A stretch of DNA of 64,000 nucleotides, from positions 22,258,001 to 22,322,000 of the forward strand of contig JBHGNT010000010.1 of assembly GCA_043228905.1 (NCBI GenBank), given 5' to 3'. The position numbers and the translations under genes were made by a program. This document shows, piece after piece, positions 36,938-49,517 of this stretch (positions within the stretch are counted from its first letter, which is position 1; each line of letters opens with the position of its first letter). The stretch is from Azolla caroliniana (lineage: Eukaryota; Plantae; Polypodiophyta). Under the pieces are notes generated by a model. That model did not search any database, was not told the DNA's origin, and saw only the letters and a list, made by a program, of their open reading frames with translations.

Positions 36938-39900
36938 TCAGTGAGCCCCAAGTCCATGCTGTACAAGAGATTTAGAAATCACAGCGCTTGATTGCTCACA
37001 TAACTCCTCGGCATTGGTTCCTCGGATCGGTGGATGAACAATAACCTTTACTGTCCCTGGTCTCAGTGTACCTTCACAGCCATTTGGCATCAGTTTTCCT
37101 GTTCCGATCAAGCTTATGGGAACTACTGGGACCTTTTCTTTGGCAGCAATAGTAAATGCGCCCCTCTAAATATAATCGCCACAAATGAGATAAAATTGGC
37201 ATGAGAAAAGAGGGAAAATCATGAAAATAAACATGCAATAAATGCATTGTTACACACTATAATGTATACCTTAAACTGGCCCATTTTCCCATCTCTTGAT
37301 CGTGTGCCTTCCGGAAAGAAGAAAACTGAAACACCTTTCCTGATCAAGTTCAAGCAGTGCCTTAGGCATTCCTGGAATAAGGAAGGGCACAATCATATTC
37401 GGATCAAAGAATAAGATTGAGAGCTGAACTAAGTGCTCATGTATTGGATAAAAAAGACTACCACTTGGCTCTTTGTATCCATACGACGCAACGGTACATG
37501 ACCAGTGAGATACATTGACCACCCAATTATAGGTATCAAAAAGTTGCTAGTCTTGCTGATGAATTTAAAAGGCCTTCCAAGAAGAAATAAAGAATAGATA
37601 TCCAAAAAACTCTGATGGTTTGAGACATACACTGCTGGCTCATCTGGTCCAGGTAAATTCTCTAGACCTTCAATCTCTGCCTTGTAAAAGAAAAAAATGG
37701 TGAGGTTTGCCCATAGTTTATTAATGAAGTGCTGAGCCTTGCGCCTGTGCTTATCAAACACCAGAACAAATGGCTGTATCAACAACATAATAAAGAACAG
37801 TGGTATGGCAACAATATAGGTAGTAAAGTAGAAGCAAAATGCACGAACTCTTGGAAAAAAAGTTGGACCTGCACAAGCACATGTAAAGAATGCCTATCAA
37901 TAACCATTAACAAGAAAGCTTCAAAAATCTTGATCAGAATCCTGAGCTTGAAATAGCGAAGCATGTTATTTACACATAGAATGCACATCATAGAATCTCC
38001 TTGATAAGTACCCCATTAGTAAAGTAAGCAAGGCTCTAGCAAGATCAGACTTGCATTGCCCTGCACAATTATATTGTCTATTGCTTCAAGCTGCCATTGT
38101 ATGTCATGGATACCTCTGCAATTGAATCCTCATTGCATTATCTATACTGGGAATTGATAACAATCATCAACTTTGTACAGCTCATGATTCGTACGCATAT
38201 GAGTCACTAACATATATAATTCATGACTATTTTATGTTTACCCTATTTTTAGGTGGATTTTAAAAATATTCATGTATAAGACTCGTGATCTGTACTTACC
38301 TCTGGCAGCAAATTGCAATATATTCATAATTGAGAACAGATGCCCATTTCAATTTGTCATTATAAATCTCTCCAAGTTTTCCTGTCTGTTTGCTACTTAT
38401 TTTGGATGACTGGAGCAATTGTTTTTCTTTTTCTTTTTGAAGGGCTGCTATTCATACCGTCAGCGCTTGTTTCTTTCTTGTTCTCTCCTGCCTCCGTACA
38501 CCAGGGCAAGAGAGAGAGACATTACCAAAAAGGTGGCGCATATAGAAAGAGGATATGCTGTTGTGTTATGGATATTTTCTGGCATTCAATACAAATACCA
38601 CAAGGGATGCTCGTGAGAGATTGAAGACCATTGGCTCACCTAATGAAATGCATGGGAAATTTATGCATTATATGAATCAGTGTCAGGTCAAGTCTGTGCC
38701 CCCTGCTGGCTCCCAGATGCAATGGGTAGTAAAATTGGGTGAAATAAGAATCCAAACAGGATGTTATAATTCTAAACTCTAACCTCAGAATTTTTTATCT
38801 TATTATTCTATTCTTTCAAGTGGTACAAACCCATCTCCAAAGAGACAATGATCACTAGCTCACAGACGTTGCTGGTAGTACCATTGCCAAGCTCACAGAT
38901 GTGGTGCTTTTTACCCAAAGGTAAATGGTGGGATGTTGGTTCTAACTATACAGGCTATCTGGAAGTGAAATTGTGTACGTAACACTGATGTGGTCTCTAT
39001 ATTCTATCCTTGGAAATGAAATTATGTACAGAACCTTCCAGCTAGATGCACATTGTTTTTACGAGCATATTTCTTCATCTGCTAATTCACAAGTACAGAC
39101 AAAAAGTTATCAGATCAGCCAGAGCTAAACATAGCACTCTTTTGCTTTCTCTGACTACATTCTTAGCCCACTGACAGATCCTCTATGCACGCATTAAGTC
39201 TTCTCATGCTCATTTTCAAGATTTTGCTCCTGGTAATTGGAGTTTTATTTTCTGAATCAATAACATGTAGACCTCAGTACTAAGCCACATTTCTCCAATA
39301 CTCAGAAAGTGTGGTTTTCTTGATAGATAATGATTAAAAATATTCTATTCAAATATCAGAAAGGCATCCCTTGTTGGATAATCAACATTATAGTCAATAA
39401 CACAATAAATGAAAAATGCTGACAATGGCATACCTGAAGGTGTAGGTAAATCTCCGCTCCAATCTGGATCTGAGCCTTGAGACACTGGTGCAGTGGCACT
39501 CATTTCACATTTTAGCGGATTATACCTCCTATTCAGCTGCCAATGCTTTTTTTGAGATAAACCCTGTTTATTACTAGCAAGAATATCCAGAATACCAGCA
39601 AAACAGGAAGAAAGACTTTGACTCTCATTACAGGAAATTGTAATACCTGGTCAGATGAAAAGAAACAAACAGCACAAACCTTCACTAATCAACAATTAAA
39701 CATCAAAACTATATACAAAATAGAAGCTTTCAGCACACAGCATGTCCTTTGTTGGATGTGTGTGAATGACTTAACTAAAGGATTAAACATCAAAATTAAC
39801 TGGTACATTCTTCTGACACTACATGAATGGTTCTACCGTTTTATCTGGTCAAATTCAAATGGAAAAGCACACCACGAACTCTCACTAGTCAAGTATTAAA

Positions 39901-40490
39901 CATCAGGGTTACATTAAATGATAATTTCAAAAATAGGTGGATGACATTCAACAGCTTATCTGAGACTACTTGATGAAACATCAAGATTATACAAAAAGAA
40001 TGACTTGTGGGAAGCGCCATATTAATTGTTGCATAATGTTTCTGGAAGGACTGGATATGAAGATTACGGGAATACTAAATAACAGCTCCTTCAAAAGTGC
40101 CAACCTCTTTCTTATCTGGCAATTAATGCTAAGATAAAGAATGAAAAGAAAGAGTTCACAAGCATATCACTAATCCTCTCGCAGAGCAAGGAATAAACAT
40201 TAAGATTATAATAAATAAAATACTTTTGAGGAAGTGGCACATTCTTGGATATGGACAACAAAATGCCTTAATTAATTTCTCACATTAGAGCATAACTCCC
40301 AAATAAATTTATTTTGTAACTGCTTATGAGGCTGACCTCTCTGAGAAAACCGGAAAGAAGCTCTGAGCCGTGGTCTGAAAGAAGAGGAGGAGGAGGAAAC
40401 AGGGGCAAGGACTGATTGATGGCGGAGATAGGCAGCGGTGGGGATGGGTAAGTGAAGAAGGGGCTGCTGGTATATAGCAGCAGCATCCAT
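36938..40490 (-). CDS. LPAT1: Plastid 1-acyl-sn-glycerol-3-phosphate acyltransferase (LPAT1/ATS2); exons 40490-40337, 39646-39434, 37868-37462, 37371-37270, 37165-36938
   Basis: Ser/Arg-rich transit peptide; AVYVSNHQSFLDIY (HxxxxD); FKFISK; FFPEGTRSRDG; GAFTIAAK..VPVVPISL. Splice phases are consistent. Confidence 0.93.
38490..38760 (+). pseudogene. LINE reverse-transcriptase relic in LPAT1 intron (antisense to gene)
   Basis: Across frameshifts: KRICCCVMDIF..AFNT..RERLKTIGSPNEM..IYALYESVSGQV, resembling non-LTR RT (LYCCFVDFKKAFDT..ERL..LG...IYALYE). Confidence 0.55.
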
Positions 40491-42259
40491 GGTGACTACT
40501 GAAGCCGAAGTGGGTTGGTTATGGAGAGGCCAATCGCTTCAGAGGACAGGAGGGGCAGGATTCTTCGTACGTTCCTTCCTTCCTTCCTTTCATTGGAAAG
40601 ACGCTGAAAAGTTTGGTAGTGGTTGGCGGCGGCAGCAGCATTGGATAAGAAAGACAGAGAGCAGAAGGAAATGAAGAGAAAAAAGAAAGAGGCTCTGCTC
40701 TGCTCTATGATTATCCATCCATCTCCCCCGGGAAGCACTAGCAGGCCGCCTCAATCAATAAGTAATATAGAATGGATGGATGGAGGCACACATAATAATA
40801 CATTCACACACAAAGAAAGACCCAATGCCTCTCTCTCTCCCTCCCTCCCATTTTACATACATATTTAATGGTATGAGTTATAGAGAGGCTAGAGCTAGGG
40901 AATCCTCTCCTCTCTTCTCCTCTCCGCTCTTCTCTTCTCTTCTCTTCTCTCGATATTTTACACGTCCAAAACCCCTCACTCGAAGTCTCTCAAACAAAAT
41001 CTCATAGTCATCCGTAGTGGAAGAGGAGGTTGTGTCGCAAAATTCGGAGTGTGATCACATAAAAGCATACAGACTCCTTTGGGGACACGTTGTGTTGATT
41101 GGAGACTAGATAGTTAATCCAAATTTCTCCCGGCCATTATCTTTACTAATCAATGTTTCGAGGAATAGCATGTCATAATGGAGAAAACAAAATCTTTGAC
41201 TTAATTTGATACAAAATCAATACTTATCGTAGATGACCAGCATGGGTTTACACATGAGGTGTTCTCCAAGGGTGTTGTGGGCACAAACCTTAGGTAAGCC
41301 AAGGCTATTCTAATATTGGTATGTGCACAAGGCCAAGTATACACTTGATAAGTTAATTTCTATGTCCCTTTTCGCGATCTACTTGACATTTGTACCAAGT
41401 CTAATTGGGAGTCTCCATCGCCATCATAGCAATTTTGCTTCTAGTTCTCACTACTTTTTGCTTCATTTGCATGTTTTTCATATCTCTAGGAAATTGTCAA
41501 GATGTTATTCACATTTTGATACCTAACATACTTTTGGCTTTTGATTTCTAAATCTCTCCTTAACTTTGCTTATGTTTTTGAAAAAAGTTTTTTAGTTTTT
41601 ATGTTTGAAAAGGGTTTTCACAAGAGTTTTAATAGTTGTACATTAAGATGCAACAAAAATGACCAATATATATACTCATATGCATCAGGAAGTTTTTAAG
41701 TATGATTGCCTATTTACAAAACCTAAACATACATTATCAAAGTTTGAGGCTCCTAATCACATGAAAAATAAGATAAAACACATAATTGATAATAATTAAA
41801 TAATCATCATATGTCTTTGAGGATACACCTAATCAACATAAATATTAATTATTAAGAATCATATATTAACCTAATCATCATAATAATGTCGATTATTAGC
41901 TCCTAGAAGAAGTCGCTTAATAAATTACGTTCGTATTTAGAAACATTAAGCATCTAATTCTCATTTGATATACCCCACCATCTAATTCATAATATAGCAA
42001 ATAACAATTCTAATTTGATAGATCAAATAAATCAAGCTAGCTTTCTAACTGATAATTAAATCTTGCAATTAGCAAAACTTGATTCCTACTTATTGTAAAT
42101 TAATCTTTATAATCTCACAGAATTTGTTTCAATGTTTATTTATATATATGCTTGGTCAAAGTTTGGCTCACAAGCACATATGAAATTAAGAATGAACACA
42201 TAATACATAATACACAATTTATTAATTTCTTATATGTACATATAATCATGTCGTGGTAA

Positions 42260-42334
42260 TTTACCCTAAGATGAACTGATTAGAGCACATGCAATGGCTA
42301 ACTTCTCACAATGGCTTCACAATAGCTCTTTTTT
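42260..42334 (-). pseudogene. Broken DYW deaminase remnant immediately after the PPR stop codon
   Basis: Shifting frame by one base at the stop gives KKELL*SHCEKLAIACALISSS*G, matching DYW (K..LCxHSEKLAIA..LI). No CxxCH or DYW terminus is visible. Confidence 0.85.
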
Positions 42335-44698
42335 ACTCATCTGAAATGGCATACCCTTGTGATAGTTTAGCATTAATGTTGTTTAGCCGGGCATACATAT
42401 ATGTATTACTATTATCAGCCCCATCAAATGAAGACATATCATTACCTGTGACATCAGTCCATTGAGAACATCCTGGACTACCCAATGCTTTATTTTTCAC
42501 TTTCCAAGCTTCAATTTCATGGGCCTCTGTTTCCATGCCAGCAGCAGCATATATATTTGCCATGGAGATATATGCACTGGAACACTTCTCATCTAGCTGT
42601 ATTGATTGTTCAAAGGCCCATTGTGCAAGCTTCATATTCATCCATTTCCGACAAGCGTTGAGTATACCCAGCAACAATGGAAGATGATACGAAGGTTGCA
42701 CCTTGTTCAGCAAAAGCTTGGCCTTTCCAAACTGACCAGCACGTCCAAATAGATCAATCATACAAGCATAATGTTCTATCATAGGATTGAGACGGTAAAT
42801 GGTCCACATATCATCAAAAAACTTTTCTCCCTCCTCCAGAAGACCAGCGTGACTACATGCTGTAAGTAATACAAGAAATGTGACCAGATCTGGCATTATG
42901 CCATCAGCCTTCATTTTTCTAAACAGGTCCAGAACCACATTTGCTTGACCTAACTGAGCATATCCAAACATTAGTCCAGTCCAGCACACAACATCATGTA
43001 CTGTAAGAATGTCAAATACTTCTTGTGCTTTCTTAAGAGCACCACATTTAGCATACATATCTAGCAACGAATTGCCAAGCATAATGTCTCTCTGTAATAA
43101 TCCTTGTTTCCTTAGTTCAACATCTATGTTTTCCCCGATTTGAAGAGATCCTATGATGCCACATGCTTTCAAAACACAAAGAAAAGTTACTGGATTTGGC
43201 ACAATTCTTTCATCCTGCATCTGTTTGAAGCACTTCAAGGCTTTATCAGCATTACCTTGTTGGGCATATCCTTCGATCATAGAAGTCCATGCCACACCAT
43301 CACGGAATAGAAGTTGTTTAAATGCTTCTTGTGCTTTCTCAAGGGCACCACACTTCGCATACATGTCTACCAATGCATTTCCAAGCACCGAGTCTTTTTG
43401 CAAAAATCCTCTTTTTCTCACCTCAGCATGTATTTCTTCCCCAATCTTCATTGATCTTACAATACCACAAGCTCTCAGAATGCAAACATAAGTTACTCCA
43501 TCAGGGAGCGCTCCCGCATCCCGCATGAGTTGAAAGCATTTCAGGGCTTCATCCCCAAGTCCGTATTCAGTGTACCCAGCTATCAATGCATTCCAAGCCA
43601 CATTATCCCGTGATGGAAGTTGATCAAATACTTCTCGAGCTTTTTGGAGGGCACCACATTTGGCATACATGCCCAGCAATGTTGTAGCAAGTAGAATGTC
43701 TTGTTGCAACAAACCACACTTTCTAATCTCAGTGTCGATTTCTTGGCCGAGTTCAAGAGATCTTATAACACTACATGCTTTCAGAACACAAATATAGGTT
43801 ATCGCATCTGGACAAACACCCTCATCCTGCATTTTCCTGAACCATTTAATGGCTTTATCACCAAACCCATGCTGGATATACCCAGCTATCAATGAATTCC
43901 AAGACACAACATCTCGCTTCGGAAGCTGCTCAAATACTTCTCGTGCTTTCTCAAGGGCACCACATTTCGCATACATATCAACCAAAGTATTGCCGAGCAC
44001 AATGTCTTTCTCCAATAATCCTAGCTTTCTCACTCTAGCATCTATATCTTCTCCAAGGGTAAGACACTCTGCAATGCTGCAAGCTTTCAGAACACATATA
44101 TAAGTTATTGCATTGGAGGATATGCCCTCGTCTTGCATCTGGTGGAAACATTTTATAGCTTCATGACCATGCCCCTTCTGAGCATACCCTGCTATAAGAG
44201 CATTCCAAGCCACCACATCTTGTACACTAAGATTTTCGAATACTTCCCGAGCTTCCCTCAAAGCACCACATTTGGCATATGTAGTGAGAAGGGCAGTGCC
44301 CACATACACGTCTCTGGTGATCAAATCTTGCCTAACCATATCCTTGTGGATCTTTCTTGCCTTGCACAAATTCTTCTCTTTTCCACATGTTTTTATGAGG
44401 TTTAATAGAGAAGCCCTGTCTTGAAAGTGAAGGTTCGGTAGCTCTTCAGTCGGCAGGATTCCTTTCAATGTGAGCTCTATTGTAACCCATGGTGGATTGT
44501 GAAGACCATTTTTCCATAGAAGATCCCTAGTTTGCTTATGGACAAAAGTAGGGCTTCTCTGTGAAGATGAAAATTAGAGGGCTTGATTTGATTCAAATAA
44601 GAAAGAAAGAAGAACTGTATGATTACCTTGTTCTCGGGGTTGTGCCAGAATTGAGAAGGATCTCTGAAGAATTCCTTCCATAAAGAGTCTGTGTCCAT
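42333..44698 (-). CDS. PLS-class PPR protein (P-L-S triplets, E/E+, truncated before DYW) with N-terminal OSB-type PDF-like motif; exons 44698-44627 and 44558-42333 (~765 aa; true start uncertain)
   Basis: Repeated LVDMYAKCGALEKAREVF..DVVSWNSLIAGY..PDAITYICVLKAC; LTACSHAGLLEEG; EHYACMIDLFGRAG; YISMANIYAAAG; PGCSQWTD. A 68-nt GT-AG intron (44559-44626) joins the exons in frame. Confidence 0.93.
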
Positions 44699-45322
44699 AG
44701 ATTATATATGAATGATGCTGATGGTCTATCCTTATGCTAAGGATAGGCGAAAAAGCTTAAGAATTCCATTTGCTGAGCCATGAGAAGGGAAGAAAGAAGT
44801 TCTGATGATAACGAGAACCCATCAAGTAAATGAAAGCGAGAAAGTTGTTGATAATCAATCAGAGTCTTTCAAAGCTTCAAGGCAGCGAAGCTCAAACGAC
44901 GGACAAGCACATACATAACACGCATACAACTTCTGATCTGACTGTCACACCAATATACTATAGTAACTATACATACTCCTTCCTCGTCACAAAAGAGCTT
45001 AGGCACATGGCCAAAGCAAGCTACATGTGAGTAAAACAAATGAGCATTCCTTAAGGCCCAACTGCCTACAAAGACATATATCATATATGTGTTCGTAAGA
45101 TCTTTGAAACAACCCCTTAGTTTCTAATCCACTAACTACTACCTTATCACCTTCTTGTATCTTATGTTTTCAGGCTACGACACACAAAGTGGTATATACA
45201 TATATTGGAATATTCATGTCTGTCTATCCACTGACAACACGTAAATGTGTAAAGGGCATGATCACTTGAAAAAGTCATCGATTTGCTGCTTCCAGGGCCA
45301 ACTTTCCATTATGTGTGTGAAT

Positions 45323-46296
45323 TAGGGCATATTAGTCCACAAATTCAAATAGTGACAATTAGCTATTACCATAAGACATTAGTGGCCACATATCCCAAAT
45401 TGAATTGGGACTCACCAGAGGGCCTAGTCCCATTTCCAAAGAAGGTGTCGCCTTGGTTTTGAGGTGCACCCAAGAAGTTCCAAGTAGAGTTGGGACAAAC
45501 CCAAGCAATCCCAAACAAATTTGGGACAGTCCCAAGCAGTTCCAAACTCAATTAGGACAGTCCCCGTCCCAACGACTAGCCACAAGGTAGCCCAACAACC
45601 ACCTCCTGGCCTAATGCTTGGGGGAGCCCAACAACCACTTCTTGACCTAATGGCTAGGGTAGCCCAATAGTCGGCCTTTGGCCTATATATAAGGAGGAGC
45701 TTCTCCTCTTTTTGATTCATTCCTGATTTATGAGTTCTACTCTCCCCTTATAAATATTGAAACTCTCTCTTGTCCCTCTACATAGTTTTGGGAGTTGTTC
45801 TGACTTATTTTGGTTGTCTCGATTCCCTGACTTGTCCCAAGCCCGTTTTTGGTTTGTCCCAAATTTGGGAGTATTGTAAGCTTTTCTCTTGGACATAATA
45901 TAAATCTTCTTTTGTGTCCCAATCATGTTTTGTGTGCATTTCAAGACCCCCATAAACTAGGGACAGAAATGTCCCTACTTTGGCTCAACTGGGAAAGAGT
46001 GCCAAAACTAATTGGGACTCATAAGGGAACCAATCCTAGTCCCAAAAGGGATGCCACAATGGTTTGTCCCAACCCTATGGCCCAAGGGACTACCCAACGA
46101 CTAATCCCAGTGGCCATATTTGGCCTTATATATAAGGAGTAGATAATTCCTCATTCCCGAATTCACTCATTTTGCTCGACGGAGTGTGGTGGTGGTTTTT
46201 GTCCCTCAAATCAGTTTTGTTCTAACTTGTCCCAACTCAAAATTTGGTTGAATTGGGACTTTTGTAATATATTGACTTGTGAATATAATATAAAAG
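45323..46296. mobile_element. Probable non-autonomous DNA transposon relic rich in TTGGGAC/GTCCCAA motifs
   Basis: Many GGGAC/GTCCC motifs in both orientations; internal repeat tttggcct(t)atatataaggag near 45677 and 46119; weak terminal inverted similarity; no TSD confirmed. Confidence 0.5.
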
Positions 46297-46920
46297 GAAG
46301 GTTTAGGGTTATTCTATGCAATAAGTTTAACCATAATTTTGGGACATAACAATGTAATTGTCAAATTAACACAATGTAAAACTAGTGCATTTATGTAATA
46401 ATAAAGTACTAAGAGTTTGATGTTCCACAAACGTTTTCTTTTATCCGAGGTGAGAGTCTAAAATAAGACTTTACTACATATTTTTCATTGCACTTGTCCA
46501 TCATGCCCCAACGCTAACAAATGTTGTTCAATAAGCATGTCCTTTAAATATGTAAATTACTTGGAGCTACTAAAAAGTGGAGAACAAGTTGTTTTCTATA
46601 GCCATATCATGTTGAACTATGAATGTGGAACAAGAATAGAGAGTAATCAGTATAGGATACAAAATGAGTTTTGTGTTGGAGTGTGTGTGGTGGAAGTCTA
46701 CCCCAAAGCTACAAAGAGTAGAATTTCCCACAAAGTTATAAGTACCCACCACATTGCTTTGCTTGCAGGGGATAACTATTTATATTATTCACAATTGTCG
46801 AACTGAAACTCGGACTCTTTCCTCTTACGGAATTCCCACCACCAACTTTGATGTTCACTTGGCATCAAGAAGAAGCAGCAGCCCGCGACAGAGAGACAGA
46901 TAAACAGACGAGAGAGAATC

Positions 46921-46926
46921 CTTCTT

Positions 46927-46955
<29 letters not shown>
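46921..46955. repeat. (CTT)n microsatellite upstream of GT47 CDS
   Basis: About 11 CTT units. Confidence 0.95.
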
Positions 46956-46957
<2 letters not shown>

Positions 46958-47073
46958 TCAGCTATTATATATGTATGTCCGCAGAGATGTATATTGATGA
47001 TATCTAATTGAGCTGCCTGCCATTATTTCCTTCTGAGTTTTGGCGGTCTCAATCCCCATCCAGGGATTCAGGG

Positions 47074-48872
47074 ATGCAGGTCGCATCAACAAACAACAAC
47101 AGAAGTATTCTGATCATCCTAACCTGCCTTCGACTAATGGGAGCACACTCCGCAATTATATACTACATTCTCCTGCCGTTCCTAAGCCATGTCATGTATG
47201 CCGCCGCCGCCATTCCTGCTTCACAATTGAAGGTCTACGTGTATGAGCTACCGAGGAGGTACAACGAAGAGGTGGTGGAGAAAGATCCACGTTGCCTGAG
47301 CCACATGTTTGCTGCAGAGATCTTCCTTCACACATTCCTCATGTCCAGCCCGTCCATCCGGACCATGAACCCTGGAGAAGCTCATTGGTTCTTTACCCCC
47401 GTCTACACCACCTGTGACCTGACCCCCAATGGGCTGCCCCTGCCTTTCCAAGCCCCTCGCATGATGAGAAGTGCCATCCAATTCATCGCCACACGTTGGC
47501 CCTTCTGGAACCGAACCCAGGGTGCTGATCACTTCTTCATTGCTCCTCATGACTTTGGTGCATGCTTCCACTATAAGGTACACACTTATTCTTAGAGAAT
47601 ACATACATATATGTATGGTGGCACAATCCCACCCCGCACAAATACTAGCTAGCTCAGGCAATATGCACTCCATGGAGAGGGAGTTTTTATACAAACTACT
47701 TACTAGCCCCATATTAATATATACCCTCCAAAAGAACCCACTTTCTCTCGCATCCTTAATTTTTTACACACATCTAGTGCCACATGCTATGAAGTGCAAG
47801 GTCTACACGAGGTTTTGGTGTTGCATTAGGTCTAGGCATGATCTTGTGTGTTATTGGTGTACACCAACCATTTTGAATGTGGGTTATCATGTTGTCAAAA
47901 CTACATTTTGAACGTAAATTATGGTGCATGAACGTTTTCCTCAAAGAAAGTGATGCTATCTTGATTTTTATGCACCTCTTTGTTGTTAAGGAAGAGAAGG
48001 CCATCAAGCGAGGCATATTACCGATCTTGAAACGTGCAACGTTAGTCCAAACTTTTGGACAGAGCTATCATGTGTGCATGCAAGAGGGCTCTATTGTCAT
48101 ACCACCATATGCTCCACCATCAAGGATCATAGCCCATCTGATTCCTCGGAACACGCCTCGTTCCATTTTCGCTTACTTCCGCGGCTTGTTTTACGATCTC
48201 GAAAACGATCCTGATGGAGGTTATTATGCAAGGTACATTACATGCCTATGAAAATAAAAATGTGTGGTAGAGAGAAATTTGCAATGCAAGAGAGGTTTTA
48301 GATGGATGGAGAAGCTAAATCTTTTACTTTGTTGCGATTAACGCAGAGGAGCAAGGGCCTCTATATGGGAGAACTTCAAGAACAATCCTCTGTTTGATCT
48401 TTCATCAGACCATCCTATTACCTACTATGAGGATATGCAAAGGTCGATATTTTGTCTGTGTCCCTTGGGTTGGGCACCATGGAGTCCTCGGCTTGTGGAA
48501 GCTGTGGTGTTCGGTTGTATACCAGTGATAATAGCTGATGACATCGTGCTTCCTTTCGAGGACGCCATACCTTGGGATGACATTGGAGTGTTTGTTGCAG
48601 AGAAGGACGTGGCAAACCTTGACACCATACTCACTTCTATACCACCAAATGAGGTCTTCAAGAAACAAAAGGCTTTGGAGAATACGTCCATCAAACGCGC
48701 CATGCTTTTCCCTCGTCCATCCCTACCAAACGATGGCTTTCACCAAATCTTGAATGCACTCGCAAGGAAGTTGCCTCACAACCCCAAGATTTACCTTGAA
48801 GAAACCGGTACTACTCTACATCCACCTTTCAACTGGACTGCTGGTCCAGTCACAGATCTTACTCCATGGTAA
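47074..48872 (+). CDS. IRX10: GT47 exostosin-family xylan beta-1,4-xylosyltransferase (IRX10/GUT1-like); exons 47074-47577, 47991-48232, 48347-48872
   Basis: LKVYVYELP..YN..KDPRCLSHMFAAEIF; YTTCDLTPNGLPLPF; WPFWNRTQGADHFF..HDFGACFHY; YFRGLFYD..DPDGGYYARGARA; FCLCPLGWAPWSPRLVEAVVFGCIPVIIADDIVLPF; C-terminal FNWTAGPVTDLTPW. Confidence 0.96.
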
Positions 48873-49517
48873 AAAAGAAAAGAAAAAAAACAATCCATTT
48901 AATCAGATCCAAGATGGTGTGTCAGCCAAGGCCAACAACATTAACACTCACTCCCAATTTATCATAAATGATTATGATTCATTTATTTTTGTTAACATAC
49001 ATTGTAGTATGTACATAAATTTATTTTTTTGAATAAGGATTTTAATACATCTACAAACCTCCTTTGTATAATTTCATTTTGTTTGAAGATTGTACGTATG
49101 TGGGAGGAATTAGCCCGCAAGAGACAATTTGAGTGTTAGAAATACATACATTGAGACTTGAGACTCTTCGTTTACACATGTAAACATGTACAATGTCGTC
49201 GTATACGGTCTAATTATAGTGGGTGGGGATGATGAGCGCCTCGTTCTGCCTAAATAAATGAAGCCCCGCTGCAATGGAAATAGATGAGATGGGTGGCTTT
49301 TGATTCTTCTTCGTGTTCTTTTTATTTTATTTTTTATCCCTATGCCAAAAATAGGCGAGAAGAAAAGGCAAAAAACGCGAGAAATTCGCCAAAGTATGCC
49401 AAAAATATGTAGCGAGCGACCTCTGTGGCACCTCACCTCCACACACCCTGCGATATTATTATATTCTTGCTGAATCCTTTCTCCATCCTTCCCTCTGCAC
49501 TTGCAGCAGCTTGTTAC

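Noticed and set aside
42260-42335. Idea that stops in the DYW remnant are repaired by U-to-C editing
   Set aside because: The gene is nuclear, whereas such editing is organellar. There is also a frameshift, and the CxxCH half is missing.
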